A DNA stretch of 64,000 bases from Eledone cirrhosa (GCA_964016885.1 OZ024743.1:8556001-8620000); one strand, 5' to 3'; shown: positions 51,238 to 64,000, numbered from the stretch's first letter. Notes: generated by a model from the letters alone, not told the origin. Translations and numbers: made by a program.

Positions 51238-52129
51238 CAGGGTGTGGACGATATTTGTTTGCAATTTTCAACTGCTAATTTATGCAAATTGTTTTTACTT
51301 CTGTTGTCACTCTTGTCTTCATAAAAACAGTGACTATATTTCCATTATTTATTTTCAGAATAATTGATTATGAATAATTTTGAACCTCCAAATTTGTGGA
51401 AGAGACACAAAGTTCTTCTTGAAATCCGCACCGGGCGGACAAATAAGACCAGAAGATAAACTCCCAGAACAACAGGTGGCTCGCTGTCTCATCCAAAGAC
51501 GTGCCCAGAGTCATGCAGACAAAGTTTCCAGCGACAACATTGGTCTTAGGTCAAGGTCTGCAGTCAAGGTGACGTCATGCCACCTCACTTCTTCCCTGAG
51601 GGCCTCAACCTGAACACCGATGACTACATCCGTGTTCTGAGCGAGGTAGTAAAGCCCTGGATCGACCAGGTAGCTGCAAGTAGGCCATACGTGTGGCAGC
51701 AAGACTCAACGCCCTGCCATACCAGCCGAAAGACCCAAGCCTGGCTGTCAGAGAACTTTGTCGACCACGCTTCACATGACATCTGGCCGCCCAGCTCGCC
51801 TTACTGCAACCCCCTCGACTTCTTTGTGTGGGGCGCAGTGGAATGAGACACCAACAGATCTAGCTGCAATACGAAAGACGATCTGAAGGCCAGGATCACA
51901 AGTGCCTTTAGGGGCCTAAGTCGAAGGACAGTTACGAAGGCCTGTAGCCGGTTCCAAGGCCGGCTTGAGGTCGTCATCAAAGCCAATGGTGGGTTTTTCG
52001 AGTGAGATCGAAAGAACAAGTCATGAAGACAAACTGACCCAAGTTTGATAAATAAATCTTAAAAAATAAAACTACTGTGTTATTTTTTCCTAGACAGTAA
52101 TCTTGCGAACAGATATTGTCCGCACCCTG
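51238..52129 (+). mobile_element. Internally deleted maT (DD37D) Tc1/mariner element
   Basis: TA flanks; ~27-bp imperfect TIRs cagggtgtggacgatatttgtttgcaa / ttgcgaacagatattgtccgcaccctg; 37 residues between QQD and NPLD; in-frame stop at 51844. Confidence 0.88.
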
Positions 52130-52161
<32 letters not shown>

Positions 52162-52259
52162 TCTACACATCCACTCACATACCCACATACACATGCATGC
52201 AGTTTTCATACATCTACAAATACACATCCTTGGACAACAGTAATTTTTTATTCTAGAGT

Positions 52260-52485
52260 CACTGGGTGTTTTTCAGGCCTTACAACCTACACCCTCTTGC
52301 AAGTGATGCTACCAAAGTTGATCAAACCTCAGCATTCTACTGTGGCATTTTACTGGTTCCACATTGATATGCTTCTGATTGTCCCACTCATTCTTGCAGC
52401 AATCTTCCATCAACTACTGGTACATTACCCTCTTCTATTCTTGTACCTCCTCCATCCTCTTCTCAGGGCACAGTTCACCCCAGTA
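52260..52485 (-). mobile_element. Decayed REL endonuclease fragment (Hero/NeSL-like)
   Basis: Minus strand resembles ELTVPWEERMEEAxERKxxKY, with frameshifts. Confidence 0.45.
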
Positions 52486-53098
52486 TAATATATATATACT
52501 TATATATATATATATATATATTACATATTATATTATTTAACAATGATAACAAAGGCAAGTTATTTTACATATTTCATTCATTGTTTTACGATTGTTTCAG
52601 AGGGTGAATAATATCGAGATATTGACTGATCTGTAGCAGTTAGAGAACTGTATACTATCAGACATATCAAAGAGTTGAAAGATCAAACTCGATTGAGATA
52701 TGCCAAAAGAATTACAGCTTAATGTATTTCTACAACCCACAAATAGAATAAACTGATTCATCCAAGGTGTAATCCAGAGGTTTAAATCAGTCTAAAGTGC
52801 TGTTCAATTCTAAGGTCACAGTGTAGTGATAGAAAGTATTTTTAAGATGTAGCTGGAGATGAGTTAGTGATGTTAGTTGGTACTGTGGTTTGTTGTTCGC
52901 TTGTGGATTGCTTTGTGATGTGGTCACGTTTTTGTAGAGCAAGAGAGATTGATGAGCTTGATACAGTGTTACCAGAGATTGCAGATGTGCAAGTGAGTTA
53001 CAGTGTTCATTATGATGATTCCTTAAGTAAGTGATTTACCCTGATCACATAGGTAATGAAATAAAAACCAAATCACCACTTAAATATATTTATTAATT

Positions 53099-53288
53099 TA
53101 ATTGTTTCTACTTTAGGCACAAGGCCAGCAATTACCCAGTCCATTACTGGTACTTTATTTTATCGACCCCGTAAGGATGAAAGGCAAAGTCAACCTCGGT
53201 GGGATTTGAACTCAGATCGTAAAGGGACGTAACTATGCTGGAAAGCATGGCGTCCAACCCTCTACCGAGACTGCCAATCCACCGCCCT
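53099..53288 (-). mobile_element. SINE family A copy
   Basis: Reverse complement of 839-1028. Confidence 0.85.
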
Positions 53289-54994
53289 TTATTAATTTAA
53301 TAACCTGCGATGAGGCTATTGTTGACAATATAAGAAAACATGACTTGTGTTGTTGGTGTGATGAATGTGTGTGTGCAATGATTCAAAAGATGTCATTTAA
53401 AGTGTTGTGTGGACTGATCTTTGCTGAAGTGCCAATAGGAGAATTGCTATCAACCCTTGTTGAGAAGGCCAGAGTGTTTAGCTAAGTGTTACATATCTCT
53501 ACTTGCTAGAGCAACTCCATGTGATATCTGAGAAATGAGAGCAGAATGTTCTTAAGAAAGTCTTATCTCAAATAAATTGGCACTGACCTCAGTTTGTTTT
53601 CTCTAGACAAACTGGCAACAATTTGAAACAAAGAAACAACAAACAACTATGTGCTACACGGTCAGCATGTGGACACACTGACCTACTTTGCTAACATCAG
53701 GACAAGAGTTCAAATTACTGCTACAACAGTGCATAAATTATAACAAATAATAAAACTAAGGGTTCAAACAGAATTTACGATCATTTTTTTAGTCTTATGT
53801 ACATATCTACAAATGAAATTAAGTGTAAAGATAAAGTTAATTAAAGATTCTCATTCAAGTAAGATTTCAGTAACAACTTCTACTTCTTCTTTGCCCACTT
53901 ATTCCTGGGAGTGTTGTGGTGTCAGAGTCCTCAAGCATGCCTTCTAGCAGGTCATGTAAGATGCAGCTGTCTCTATTTGATCTGGCTAGATCCCCAAGTG
54001 AGATCAGCTGAGCCTATGGACATTATCCAACCATCTTGTGTGGGCTCTTCCTCTGAGTCTCCTGCTTGTTTTTCTCAGACCCACAGAGATCAGGCTTTTT
54101 CAGCATTTGCCTTTACTTGTCTCATTGTAACAACATCACTAGGTTGTGAAAGTTTTCTTGAGAGCTAAGTGACTAAGTGACACCCATTACTCCATCTCCC
54201 CTAGTCATTTACTGGTGTTGGTCCAAGGCTGCTTACTCATCCAGCACAAGACCTCTTATATCACAACTAACCATCATAGCTGATGGCTGTATCATTATCC
54301 ACCACCTGAGACCTAATCTCAATATATGGAAGTAAATCCATATACTAGTCTTAAAACAAAAAGTTTTCCCTACACTTATAAATTTCATTTCGTTTCATGA
54401 GAGATATGAAAGCTACATAAAATATATATAAAATTTAGGAGAGGTGAGTCTCCTAAGCAGGAAATATCAAGATACCACAATGTCATGCTGATACCTGGAG
54501 AGAACCTGGTGTTAAAGGAATCATTAAATTAGTGAGATGCTAGGTCTAAAAATAAAAGTATAAATAACTAATATTTAAATCTAACATCTCGCTAATTTAA
54601 CCAGTTGCTGTGCCGGGTTTTATTTTCAGTAAAATGTCTATTTTTTAAACAAATATTTATTAACACATATCTGAATGATTGGCAAATGTCATTTCAGCAA
54701 ACTAATAACCCTATCTAGCTTTGAAGTTATGAACTGTTGAAAAAGAGTTCAAACATGTTAGGACTCGTCTACAGCACTGAAGAGGTTAATGACTTATTTA
54801 ATACAAGGATTCTTGCCAGTTATTAATACAATATTGTAATATCCTGATTATGTCAGACCTCTCTTGAACAGTACTGAGAAGATGTAACCAAGTACATCCT
54901 GTCACATGTTTGGCTTGTTGGTGAAGAAACCAGCAACCCCACTACTTAACAGGATAGGATCTATAATCATCTTAGAACTTGAAGTAGTGTTGAT

Positions 54995-55610
54995 GTCCAT
55001 ACTCTGAACGCCTTGCTTCCCTGGGCATGGATTCATTGAAGCTCCGACGTCTGGCAATGGACTTGGTGAATACCCACAAAGTTTTTAACCATCTCGCCAA
55101 TTGCAACCCTGAGCGCCTCTTTGATCTCCATGTGTCTAACACACGTGGACATGCCTACAAGATAAGAAAACAGCACAGCTCCCATGACTTTCGTAGACAT
55201 TTTTTCACGCTCAGAGTTGCTGAAGCATGGAACAAACTGCCTGCGTCAGTTGTTAGCTGCCGAGACACTGCATCCTTTAAGACACTCATGCTTCCCGAAA
55301 TACGCCAAAACTACACCTGATGTACCCCTTCCATACACATGCACACGTGTGTATCATGACTCGTGCACTGTTCATTTTACTGATGTTTGTGCATTGCCCT
55401 ATGTACTGTACATGCACTTTTTTGATGAGTTGTGGTGCACCTGGGCACTGTACACAATATTTCATTATTGTTATTGTTATTATATCACGACTCGTATACT
55501 GTTCATTTTCCTGACATTTGTACATTATTCTATGTACTATACATGCACCTTTGATGAGTTGTAGTGCACCTGAGCACTGTACACAATAATTTCATTATTA
55601 TTATTATTAT
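54995..55610 (+). mobile_element. CR1 LINE 3' end with two stacked 3' tails
   Basis: ORF 55027-55320; tail 55351-55480 is followed by a diverged tail 55483-55610. Confidence 0.9.
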
Positions 55611-55721
55611 TATATATTATTTATTATTATTATTTATATGTGAATATTCAATCAAAGCAGAGTGCTGTCCCTTTTTGTCGAATGACGATATCCTTGTATT
55701 CAAAGCTACAGTTTTATAAAG

Positions 55722-55911
55722 AATTGTTTCTACTTTTGGCGCAAGGCCAGCAATTATCCCAGTGCATTACTCGTACTTTATTTTATCGACCCCGTAAGGA
55801 AGAAAGGCAAAGTTAACCTCGGCGGGATTTGAACTCATACCGTAAAGGGCCATAACTCTATGCTGCAAAGTATGGCGTCCAACCCTATAACGATACTGCC
55901 AATCCACTGCC
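55722..55911 (-). mobile_element. SINE family A copy
   Basis: Reverse complement of 839-1028. Confidence 0.85.
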
Positions 55912-55944
55912 TAATAATCCACAGAATTTTATAAATAATATTAA

Positions 55945-56134
55945 CCCTTTAGCATTTAAACTGGCCCTATCCAGCCAGAACTCTCTCACCTCTTTTTGTT
56001 CAAACCGGTTGTAACTGGCCATCCATACTGATGTTAAAGTATTATTCACAGAGTTAATAATATCATTATGTGGAGATAAAGTATTTACAGCGAACATCCA
56101 ATAGTATATATAGAGTAATGTAAATGCTAAAGGG
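55945..56134. mobile_element. piggyBac-like MITE
   Basis: TTAA TSD; TIRs ccctttagcattta / taaatgctaaaggg. Confidence 0.85.
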
Positions 56135-56135
56135 T

Positions 56136-56407
56136 TAAACAATGAAAGAATAAGGAAAAGAAAGTAAAGTAATTAATTAATCCATTGTTTTACAATTGTT
56201 TCAGAGAATAAAAGTATTGATGTACAAACTAATCAATGGTAGTTATGTAATTCCATACCCTCAGTCTCAAAAGTAAATAGGCTTTATGAAGGTTCATGTT
56301 ATGGAATTACATAACTACTATTGATTAGTCTGCACATCTCTGGAACAATTATAAAACAATGGGTTAAATAATTACTTTACTCTGTTTTCTTATTCTTTCA
56401 TTGTTTA
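56136..56407. repeat. Imperfect palindrome, PLE-like
   Basis: aacaatgaaagaataag...gtaattccata pairs with tatggaattac...cttattctttcattgtt; contains gaaacaattgta. Confidence 0.75.
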
Positions 56408-56681
56408 ATATAATCTATAAATCATCACCATTTTATACTTGTTTTTCTATGCTTGCATGTGTCTATGTGTATGTCATCATCACTATTTAACATTCATTTT
56501 TCTACACTAGCATGGGCTAGATGAGTGGTCTTGTAGTGAGATAGGCTAGGTCAGGTGACCCTGTCTTGGTCATACAGAACTGATTTTGGTTTGGTTTCTA
56601 TGGCTAGATGCCCTTCCTAACACCAACCACATTTACAGTGTGTGTTGGGTGCTTTTTGTTGTATATATATATATAAATATA

Positions 56682-57427
56682 TATTTTTCCTAAATCTTTC
56701 GTTAACTACTTTTCCCATCTTGACGTTATAGTCGCATATATGATATAGAATGCCGTTAGCTTCTTGCTAAAACAATCTCTATACCTCTCATTTATATTTA
56801 TACTCGGATTCTTTTCCTAGAGTGCTTAAACTATCTGTGACTAATCCCGGTTTTTTTCATAAAAACTGTGATAATTATTGCTATTTTGCTGAACTCCTTT
56901 GTAGAGTTTTTTTCAGAATGTATTTGACTGCTATTTCTTGTAAATAAACATTCACTTCCATCCTGACGTCACTAGCCCCGTTTTTTCCTCATGTGCTTTT
57001 TCATAAATACACATGAAGGCGAACTAGCCAGTTTTAGAATTCCCTTTTTCGGATTATATTACTGTGAGAGCCCTGGTTTTCTGTTGAGCTCTGCTGATGA
57101 ATGAAATTCCAACCGTGACCATCTCCACTGAAAGTTTTCATGAAATAGTCTTTTAAGACTATACAGAGCATTTGATGTTATTCCAAATTGAAGGATAAGT
57201 GTTTCAGACTTTATTTTATCATGAGTTAAAGGTCTATAGATTTTTCCCTGGATTTTACTAAATTCTGTAGATGAATTTGTATCCTGATTCTCTTTTGAGA
57301 TGAGTTTGAGTTATTTTTCCTAAATCTTTCGTTAACTACTTTTCCCATCTTGACGTTATAGTCGCATATATGATATAGAATGCCGTTAGCTTCTTGCTAA
57401 AACAATCTCTATACCTCTCATTTATAT
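56682..57427 (+). mobile_element. Family H1 repeat: 630-bp unit plus ~116-bp terminal direct repeat (PLE pLTR / retrozyme-like)
   Basis: 56682-56797 is repeated apparently exactly at 57312-57427; contains an HHR; TA-rich flanks. Confidence 0.75.
57088..57169 (+). ncRNA. Canonical type I hammerhead ribozyme (family H1)
   Basis: gctctg-CUGAUGA-atgaaa..tttcat-GAAA-tagtct(ttta)agacta-UA-cagagc; all three stems 6 bp. Confidence 0.9.
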
Positions 57428-57591
57428 ATAAATATATATATATATACACTCTCATTTCCAATAAAATTGTTGACTAATCAGGATTGCATTTGCAACAGAC
57501 TGATCGGTGTATGATGATGCAATTTGATTTAAGCATTCAACATCATGTGTTTTCTTCCAAATATCATTTGTTAGTCAGTGACAGAGAATCT

Positions 57592-57813
57592 ATACAATAA
57601 GGATAATTGTGAAGGTCTGATGTAGGTATTCAAAATTCCTTTATACATAAAGCTGTCATACATATTTCAATGGCAATCATGGGTATGTGCTGCTTCAATC
57701 ACACAACCATAGTGTCATGTAGCCATGATCACCATTAAAATATGTAACACAGCTTTATGTATAAAGGAATTTTGAACATCTGCATCGGACCTTTGCAATT
57801 ATCCTTATTGTAT
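57592..57813. repeat. Imperfect inverted repeat, ~90-bp arms
   Basis: ttcaaaattcctttatacataaagctgt pairs with acagctttatgtataaaggaattttgaa. Confidence 0.8.
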
Positions 57814-57849
57814 TATATATGTATATATATAATACAATATATATATATA

Positions 57850-58003
57850 TAACGAAGGAGTTGTGGTAAGGAACCAGATGAACCATAACGCACCAGAGTA
57901 CTCAATACTTAGGGTAGTAGAGTGGGTAATAGGAGAAAGTATGACCCCGATGGCAGAACTCATCGAAACGGCTTGAGCTCTGCCGTCGGGGTCATACTTT
58001 CTC
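57850..58003 (-). repeat. Family P1 copy with centrally deleted palindrome
   Basis: Same left part as 13916; the centre of the hairpin is missing. Confidence 0.75.
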
Positions 58004-58021
58004 ATATATATATATATATGG

Positions 58022-59048
58022 ATTCTCGTGTAGCACCCATCCACCATCTGAGTGAGTTTCTTGGTCAGTGTCCAAGTCTCAGACCCGTACAGCAGCACAG
58101 ACTCCACTACAGCAATGAAGAGGCGGATTTTCAGGTCTTTACGAAGGTCCAACTTCCACACCGATCTCAAGCTGTGGCACTCCACCCAGGCTTTGCTCTT
58201 TCTCTCAACCACATCATCTTCCGTATTCCCAATCTTTGCTCCCAAATACAGGAAGTCCTCAATCAATTCTAGCGGCTTCCCGCCTACATTAGTAATCCCC
58301 TCTAACATTCTCTACCAGATATTTTGTTTTAGTCTCATTCATTCTCAGCCCCACACTCATCGACACAGTCTCAACCTCCTGCATCAAATCCTCTGCCTCC
58401 TTCACTGTATTTGTCACCAAAATTATGTCGTAGGTAAATTCAGCATCCAATATCTTTTTCGCCTTAACTCTCCTGCTCTGAGCTGGTGCTACAGTAAAGC
58501 CAGAGTCCTGGTGTTTCTCCAGTGCAAGGCGCATACAATAGTCCACTACAATGATAGGTAGGGAGCCAATGTATCTCCCTGGAGCACTCCAGCCAGTATC
58601 TCAAAGAACTCTGTCATCCCATCAGGTGCAATGACTTGGGCTTTGGTGTTGGTGTACAGCAGTGATATCAGGTCCACTATCTTCTTGAAACTCACTCAGA
58701 TGGTGGATGGGTGCTACACGAGAATGCTGAGGATGGCTCTGAACATTAATCAGTATACACTGAGGATGAAAAACTCAGAGCTGTATGGGAGCCTCTCAAA
58801 CGTCAGCTCAAAAGTGACACAGAGGAGACTGAGGTTAGCTGGACATGCTCACCGACATCCAGAGTTGACATTGCACTCAGTGGGAGCCCCTACATGGACA
58901 CACTGGAAGAGGAAGACCAAGGTTAACGTATGTTGATGCCCTAAGGACAGATACTGGCCTGTTGGAGACGCAGGACATGGCAGCGATAAGGAGGGACAGA
59001 GACCGCTGGAGAGGACTCGTCCATGGATCTCGGAGAATTTTACCCGCC
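58022..59048. mobile_element. RTE-type LINE with 5' inversion (58022-58686 minus, 58687-59048 plus)
   Basis: Minus strand GVLQGDTLAP...SVLLYGSETW...VDGCYTR; plus strand continues VDGCYTRMLRMAL...RRLRLAGH. Confidence 0.85.
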
Positions 59049-59060
59049 CTAGATATATAT

Positions 59061-59203
59061 GGAGGCACAAGGCTTAGTGGTTAGAGCATTGGCCTTGCAA
59101 TTGAAATGTTGTGAGTTCAATTCTCAGACCGGATGATGTGTTGTTTCCTTGAGCAAGACACTTTATTTCACATTGCTCCAGTTTACTCAGCTGTAGAAAT
59201 GAG
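59061..59203 (+). mobile_element. SINE family B (CORE-like) copy
   Basis: ggcttagtggttagagc A box, gagttcaattc B box. Confidence 0.8.
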
Positions 59204-59423
59204 ATGATAGGGACTGGGGTCCATATCATTCCACTGCAAAGTGGTCGTGGAGGTGCCACAGCAAAAAAAAAAGCACCCAGCACTCACTGTAAATGAGGTT
59301 GGTGTTAGGAAGGGCATCCAGCCAGAATCAGTTCTCGTCCCACCCTTGCAAGCAGGGAAAAGCGGACGTAAAATGATGATGATAAGAAAGTAAGGTTGTT
59401 TTTTATGTCCCACACAGGTAAAA

Positions 59424-59711
59424 ATATAAGGAAAAGAAATTGAAAATGCAACCGGAGTCTTTTAAGAATATTTACTTTACAGGTTTCACAATTCTTATGA
59501 TTTTCAAAAGTAAAATAAAGATAGAAGTTTTGTGTTTCTGTTGTGGTTTGTCTCACATCTAGTTGGAGTTTGAAACTAGTTGGGAGACAAACCACAACAC
59601 AAACACTCTATCTCAATTTTACTTTTGAAAATCATAAGAAGTGTGAAACTAATAAAGTAAATAAATATTCTTAAAAGACTCCAGCTCCATTTTCAATTTA
59701 TTTTCCTTATA
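59424..59711. repeat. Imperfect palindrome, ~135-bp arms
   Basis: ttcttatgattttcaaaagtaaaat pairs with attttacttttgaaaatcataagaa; ggagtcttttaagaatattta pairs with taaatattcttaaaagactcc. Confidence 0.8.
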
Positions 59712-60298
59712 TATATGATGTTAAAGTAATGATTTTAGTTTTAAAACACCTCTGGTAGGAGTTTCTGTTTTGTAATTGCAAGGATAATTTCAGTTAATTG
59801 AAATTTTTCTACTAATTACATTCATTACATATGTATTGTCTCCAACAGTAACAAGCCAACAAGATTTTCATTTTTCTGCCAACAGGTAGATGTTAAAAGT
59901 ACATTTCGACTTAGATGACCAAATCCAGGAACATTCACTCCCTGTGTCATTGTACAGCTGAGGTCCTATTCTAACATCATCATCATCATCATCATTTAAT
60001 GTCCATCTTCCACGCTAGCATGGGTATTGATAGAATTAATGTGTATATATGTGTCTAACCAATAAGAGCATAGAAAATTGACATTAAACGGTGATGATGA
60101 TATATACATATATATATATATATATACATATATATATACCATACTTTGCACTTAATGTAAACTACGGATGCACAAGAAATGTAGTGGTCTCTTAGGCAGG
60201 CTAATGAAGAATGAGACTTGCAAAGAAATGAGGTGAACAAACTTCGATGTATGTGTGTGTGTGTGTAACAGTAGTGTGCAAGAATGACAAAGCATTAA

Positions 60299-60519
60299 CC
60301 CTTTAGTATTTAAACCGGCCATATCCGGCTAGAATTCTCTCAGCTCTTTCTGTTCAAACCAGCCATAATCTGCCACTCATACTGATATTAAGGTATTGTT
60401 CTCAAAATAGATAATATCAAAATTTCATAGCTTCGATATTATGTGGGATAAGTATGTGAGATAAAGCCTTTACCATGAAAATACAATAGTCAGTACAGAG
60501 TAATGTAAATGGTAAAGGA
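60299..60519. mobile_element. piggyBac-like MITE (same family as 55945)
   Basis: TTAA flanks, shared internal sequence. Confidence 0.8.
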
Positions 60520-62401
60520 TTAATGAGCTGAGAGAAAAACTGAGCATAAGAATTGGATGCAGTGTACAAGAGAGAAGACTGCATTGGTATGGCCATGTGA
60601 TGCATATGAAGGATGAAAGCTGCATAAAGAAGGAACCTGTCGAAGAGGAAGACCTAAGAACAAAATGATAGAAGCTTACTTCAGAAATAGAGGAGATAAC
60701 ACAGGATCAAAAAAGCTGGTGGTATGTGATACTACAGAAAACTCACATCCCTACACAAGCTGGATGATAGAAGCATGGGAAGGATAGCTGTAAAATGCAG
60801 AAAGATGCACTCAGCCTACACTGGAATATGGAAGTGCTGGTGTCACAATGAAATGCACCCAGCCCACTCTGTACAGTGACAGTACTGATGCCACAATAAA
60901 ATGTACCTAGCACACACATCATCGTCTCAGGTGGTACCACAAGAAAACAAACCTGGTACCTACTGTGAAGTGGCTGGCATTAGGAAGGATGTCTAGCTGT
61001 AAAAACCATGCCAAAACGGAACATATGAGCTAGACAGTCATCTGACATGACTGTCTAGCTTCAGGCAACCCATCTAACCCAGACAGGCATGGAAAATAGA
61101 TGTAAAATGGTGATGATGATATTATATATGAGAGAGAGAGAAGATTATGTTCTTATGAACATCTGGTATATGGAAGATGACAGCTGTATAAAGAAATGCA
61201 GAGAAATCTCAGCAGATGTGACTCTGGAAGAGGTTAGACCGAGAAAAATATGGGATGATGTAGTGAAGCCAACATTAGAAATTTGAGTAAGGATCATGAG
61301 GATTGGCAACATGCAATATTGGGTAAGATTATAGTTTGACCCATACAGGCCAACCTTCCCCCTCACTCAATAGCAACTCTTCTCACCACTCCTGAAATCC
61401 TAACACACTATTCATAGCTGTTTTCACCATCAGTACCCCACCCTGAGATAATTCATCAAACTCCACCACACTTGTCATACTTTCTCACTCCTGGTGATAA
61501 TGGTCATGGTGATATATAAAATAACAAACAATTGAATTCAACTCCTGGTAGGAGTTGAAACTGGCAGGGAGTATCAGCAAAGAAAATATTTGTTTCTTTG
61601 GTTCAGTGTGACATTCAACTCCTTTCCTTTTTTTTTAAGTTCAAGGTACAACCAATGAAAGCAATACATTACAATAGCAGCACTTAAAAGGAAAAAAAGA
61701 AAAATGTCCTCAATGTTTCAGACACTAGTCCTTCATCAGAAAGGAAAACATGAAACAAGAAAACATTTTTTGGGGGTAAAAATGAAAGAGGAAAGACAGA
61801 AAAAAAAGGAGAGAAATACACATGTATTAAATGGCAAGTATGTTGGGAAAAAACCTCAGAGGGGGCTGAATCTACCTTTCGCCTAGGGAGATCAGAAAAA
61901 AAAGATAAGAATATGGGTGATATGAAAATGTGTCAGTGTCTAGCAGTTAGTAAGCTGTATGAAGTTATTTAACGTGTTCAAGCTTGACAGTTTGGAGGAA
62001 ATTTGTGTTATGTGTTACGTAATTTTTTGAAACTATATGCATTTGGTGTGATGTAGGCATGAATGGAACACATACATGTGCATGATTGTGTTAATGTGAC
62101 ATAGGTACTGAGTGGTGTGTTTTGGTAAAAAGGTTTTGTGTGGACACATGTAGGCATGTGAGTAAAGAGTGCATATACATGCTTGTTTTAAAGGTGTGTA
62201 TGTGTAAAGGCTAGATACATGTAAGTAAACTATGTATGTGTTTGTGTGTTTGGTGTGTATATATGGGTTAAAGAAACCAAGACTATTTGGAATGGTGATT
62301 CTATGACTAATACCAGTTCTTACTCCGTCTGATGTAAGATAAGGTAAAAAACCTGAAAGGTGAGGGTTAACAAGTTATCAACATCGTATGATTTTTTTTA
62401 A

Positions 62402-62615
62402 CCCTTTAGCATTTAAACCAGCCATATCTGGTCAGAATTCTCTCACCTCTTTCTGTTCAAACTGGCCATAACTGTCCACTCATACTAACATTAAGGTATT
62501 GTTCTCAAAATAAATAATATTAAAATCTCCTAGATTCAATATTATGTGAGGTAAAGCCTTTACCGTGAAAATACAGTAGTATATATATAGAGAGAGTAAT
62601 GCGAATGTTAAAGGG
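62402..62615. mobile_element. piggyBac-like MITE
   Basis: TTAA-ccc...ggg-TTAA. Confidence 0.85.
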
Positions 62616-62794
62616 TTAATGAGAGCTGGTTGTTAAATTTCTGCTGAAGAAAGACCAATTCCATTGAGTATCAACAATGTCAAACAACTCAAACCATGTA
62701 CCTGAGATGTGAGCAATTCAATTGGAACTTTCACGTTTTCAAGTGAAAATTAATCAGTGTTTGCATAAAATTTTCAATTGTAATAATTAGTTAA

Positions 62795-62993
62795 CCCTTT
62801 AGCATTTAAACCGGCAATATTTGGCCTGAATTCTATCACCTCTTTCTATTCAAATTGGCTGTAACCAGCCACTCATACAGGTATTAAGGTATTGTTCTCA
62901 AAATAAATATCAAAATCTCGTAGATTCAATATTATTATGTAAATATAATAGTAAATACAATAGTATATATAGAATAATGTAAATACTAATGGG
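62795..62993. mobile_element. piggyBac-like MITE
   Basis: TTAA-ccc...ggg-TTAA. Confidence 0.85.
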
Positions 62994-63589
62994 TTAAGAC
63001 GATATGTAAAATTTAGTTACTATCATGATAGTAAGGAAAAGTATGTTTTCTGTCTGCATATGGATGATTGCATGTATATATGTCTATGTAATTGTGCATT
63101 GGAGTAATTTTTTTTATTTGCATATACGTTCCTTCTCCCACTGTCTGCTGCTTTGCATCTAGCATTCTACTGTCACCCCTATTTCTTTCTCCACAATACT
63201 ATAACCATCTTAAAGAGTTTTCTGATTTTAAGGGCTAGCTTTGAGTCTCTTTTGGGGGAGGGCTAAACTTCAGACTGCAATTACAGGGTCTTAGTATCTA
63301 TAAGCTCAAATACTCAATTGCCAACTATTTTAACACCATCACCTGGGTCCTTTAATGGAATCCAATCCGATACTTGCATTCAGGCTACATTACCTGTCTA
63401 AAGATAACATCCTTCACATTGTCTATGAAGACATGAAAATGTCATGGTACTGCTCTTATTCCTGACAATTGAAAAAGCCATTGGAAAATATTTATACTTT
63501 TCATTTTCCTGCTGGAGTAGTTACTGACTATCCCAAGCTGCTCCTACTAAAGAACTATAAGCAAGCATGTAACCAATCAAATGTAATAC

Positions 63590-64000
63590 ATAAGACGGGT
63601 AAGGCGGCTGGGCCTTCGGAAATAGTTGCTGAGATGCTGAAGGCATCTGGCACGGTGGGACACACCATGGTCACCCGGATAGTTAACCAAGTCGTACAGA
63701 ATGGGGTTGTTCCGAAGGACTGGCATAGCAGCATCATCGTTAACTGTTATAAGGGTAAAGGAGATGCCCTAGATAGGAGTAACTATAGAGGCATTAAATT
63801 AATCGACCAGGTCATGAAGGTCACGGAAAAAGTAATAGCGCAACTAATCAGAGAGAGAATTGACCTAGATGAAATGCAGTTCGGGTTTGTGTCAGGCAAA
63901 AGTACCACAGACGCTCTTTTCATTGTACGACAACTTTAGCTAAAGGTAAACCCCTCTACTTAGCTTTTGTCGACTTGGAGAAAGCCTTCGACAGAGTTCC
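63590..64000 (+). mobile_element. RTE LINE reverse transcriptase fragment (runs off the window)
   Basis: GKAAGPSEIVAEMLK, NYRGIKL, QFGF..STTDA and AFVDLEKAFDRV motifs; broken near 63937. Confidence 0.92.

Noticed and set aside
61705-61745. Minus-strand ctgatga-agga..tct-gaaa-cattg hammerhead
   Set aside because: No UH site or stem I pairing in register; at best a decayed relic.

Overview
Eukaryotic, AT-rich, microsatellite-dense DNA. The SINE, LINE and microsatellite content points to a cephalopod, most likely Octopus (inference). One clear gene is present: five + strand coding exons of a Wnt8 orthologue (697-8196); its signal-peptide exon was not found in the window, and its last intron has a GC donor. 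Two minus-strand exons (21987-22147, 15048-15097) resemble an uncharacterised mollusc protein family, but the connecting exon was not found. The rest is mostly transposon debris: tRNA-derived SINEs; RTE, CR1, CRE, Hero-like and R4-like non-LTR fragments; a DD37D maT element; hAT, piggyBac and Tc1/mariner-type MITEs; Helitrons; and satellites. The most striking signal is a dense set of type I hammerhead ribozyme (HHR) motifs in several Penelope-like (PLE)/retrozyme repeat families, mostly embedded in (TA)n. These include a canonical pair with a compensatory base-pair change, a tandem U3-A8 core variant and CCGANGA cores. More than ten long palindromes (up to 1.4 kb) accompany them, and several fold back at the ribozyme. 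All structures were read by eye, so repeat boundaries are approximate and no activity or database match is claimed.
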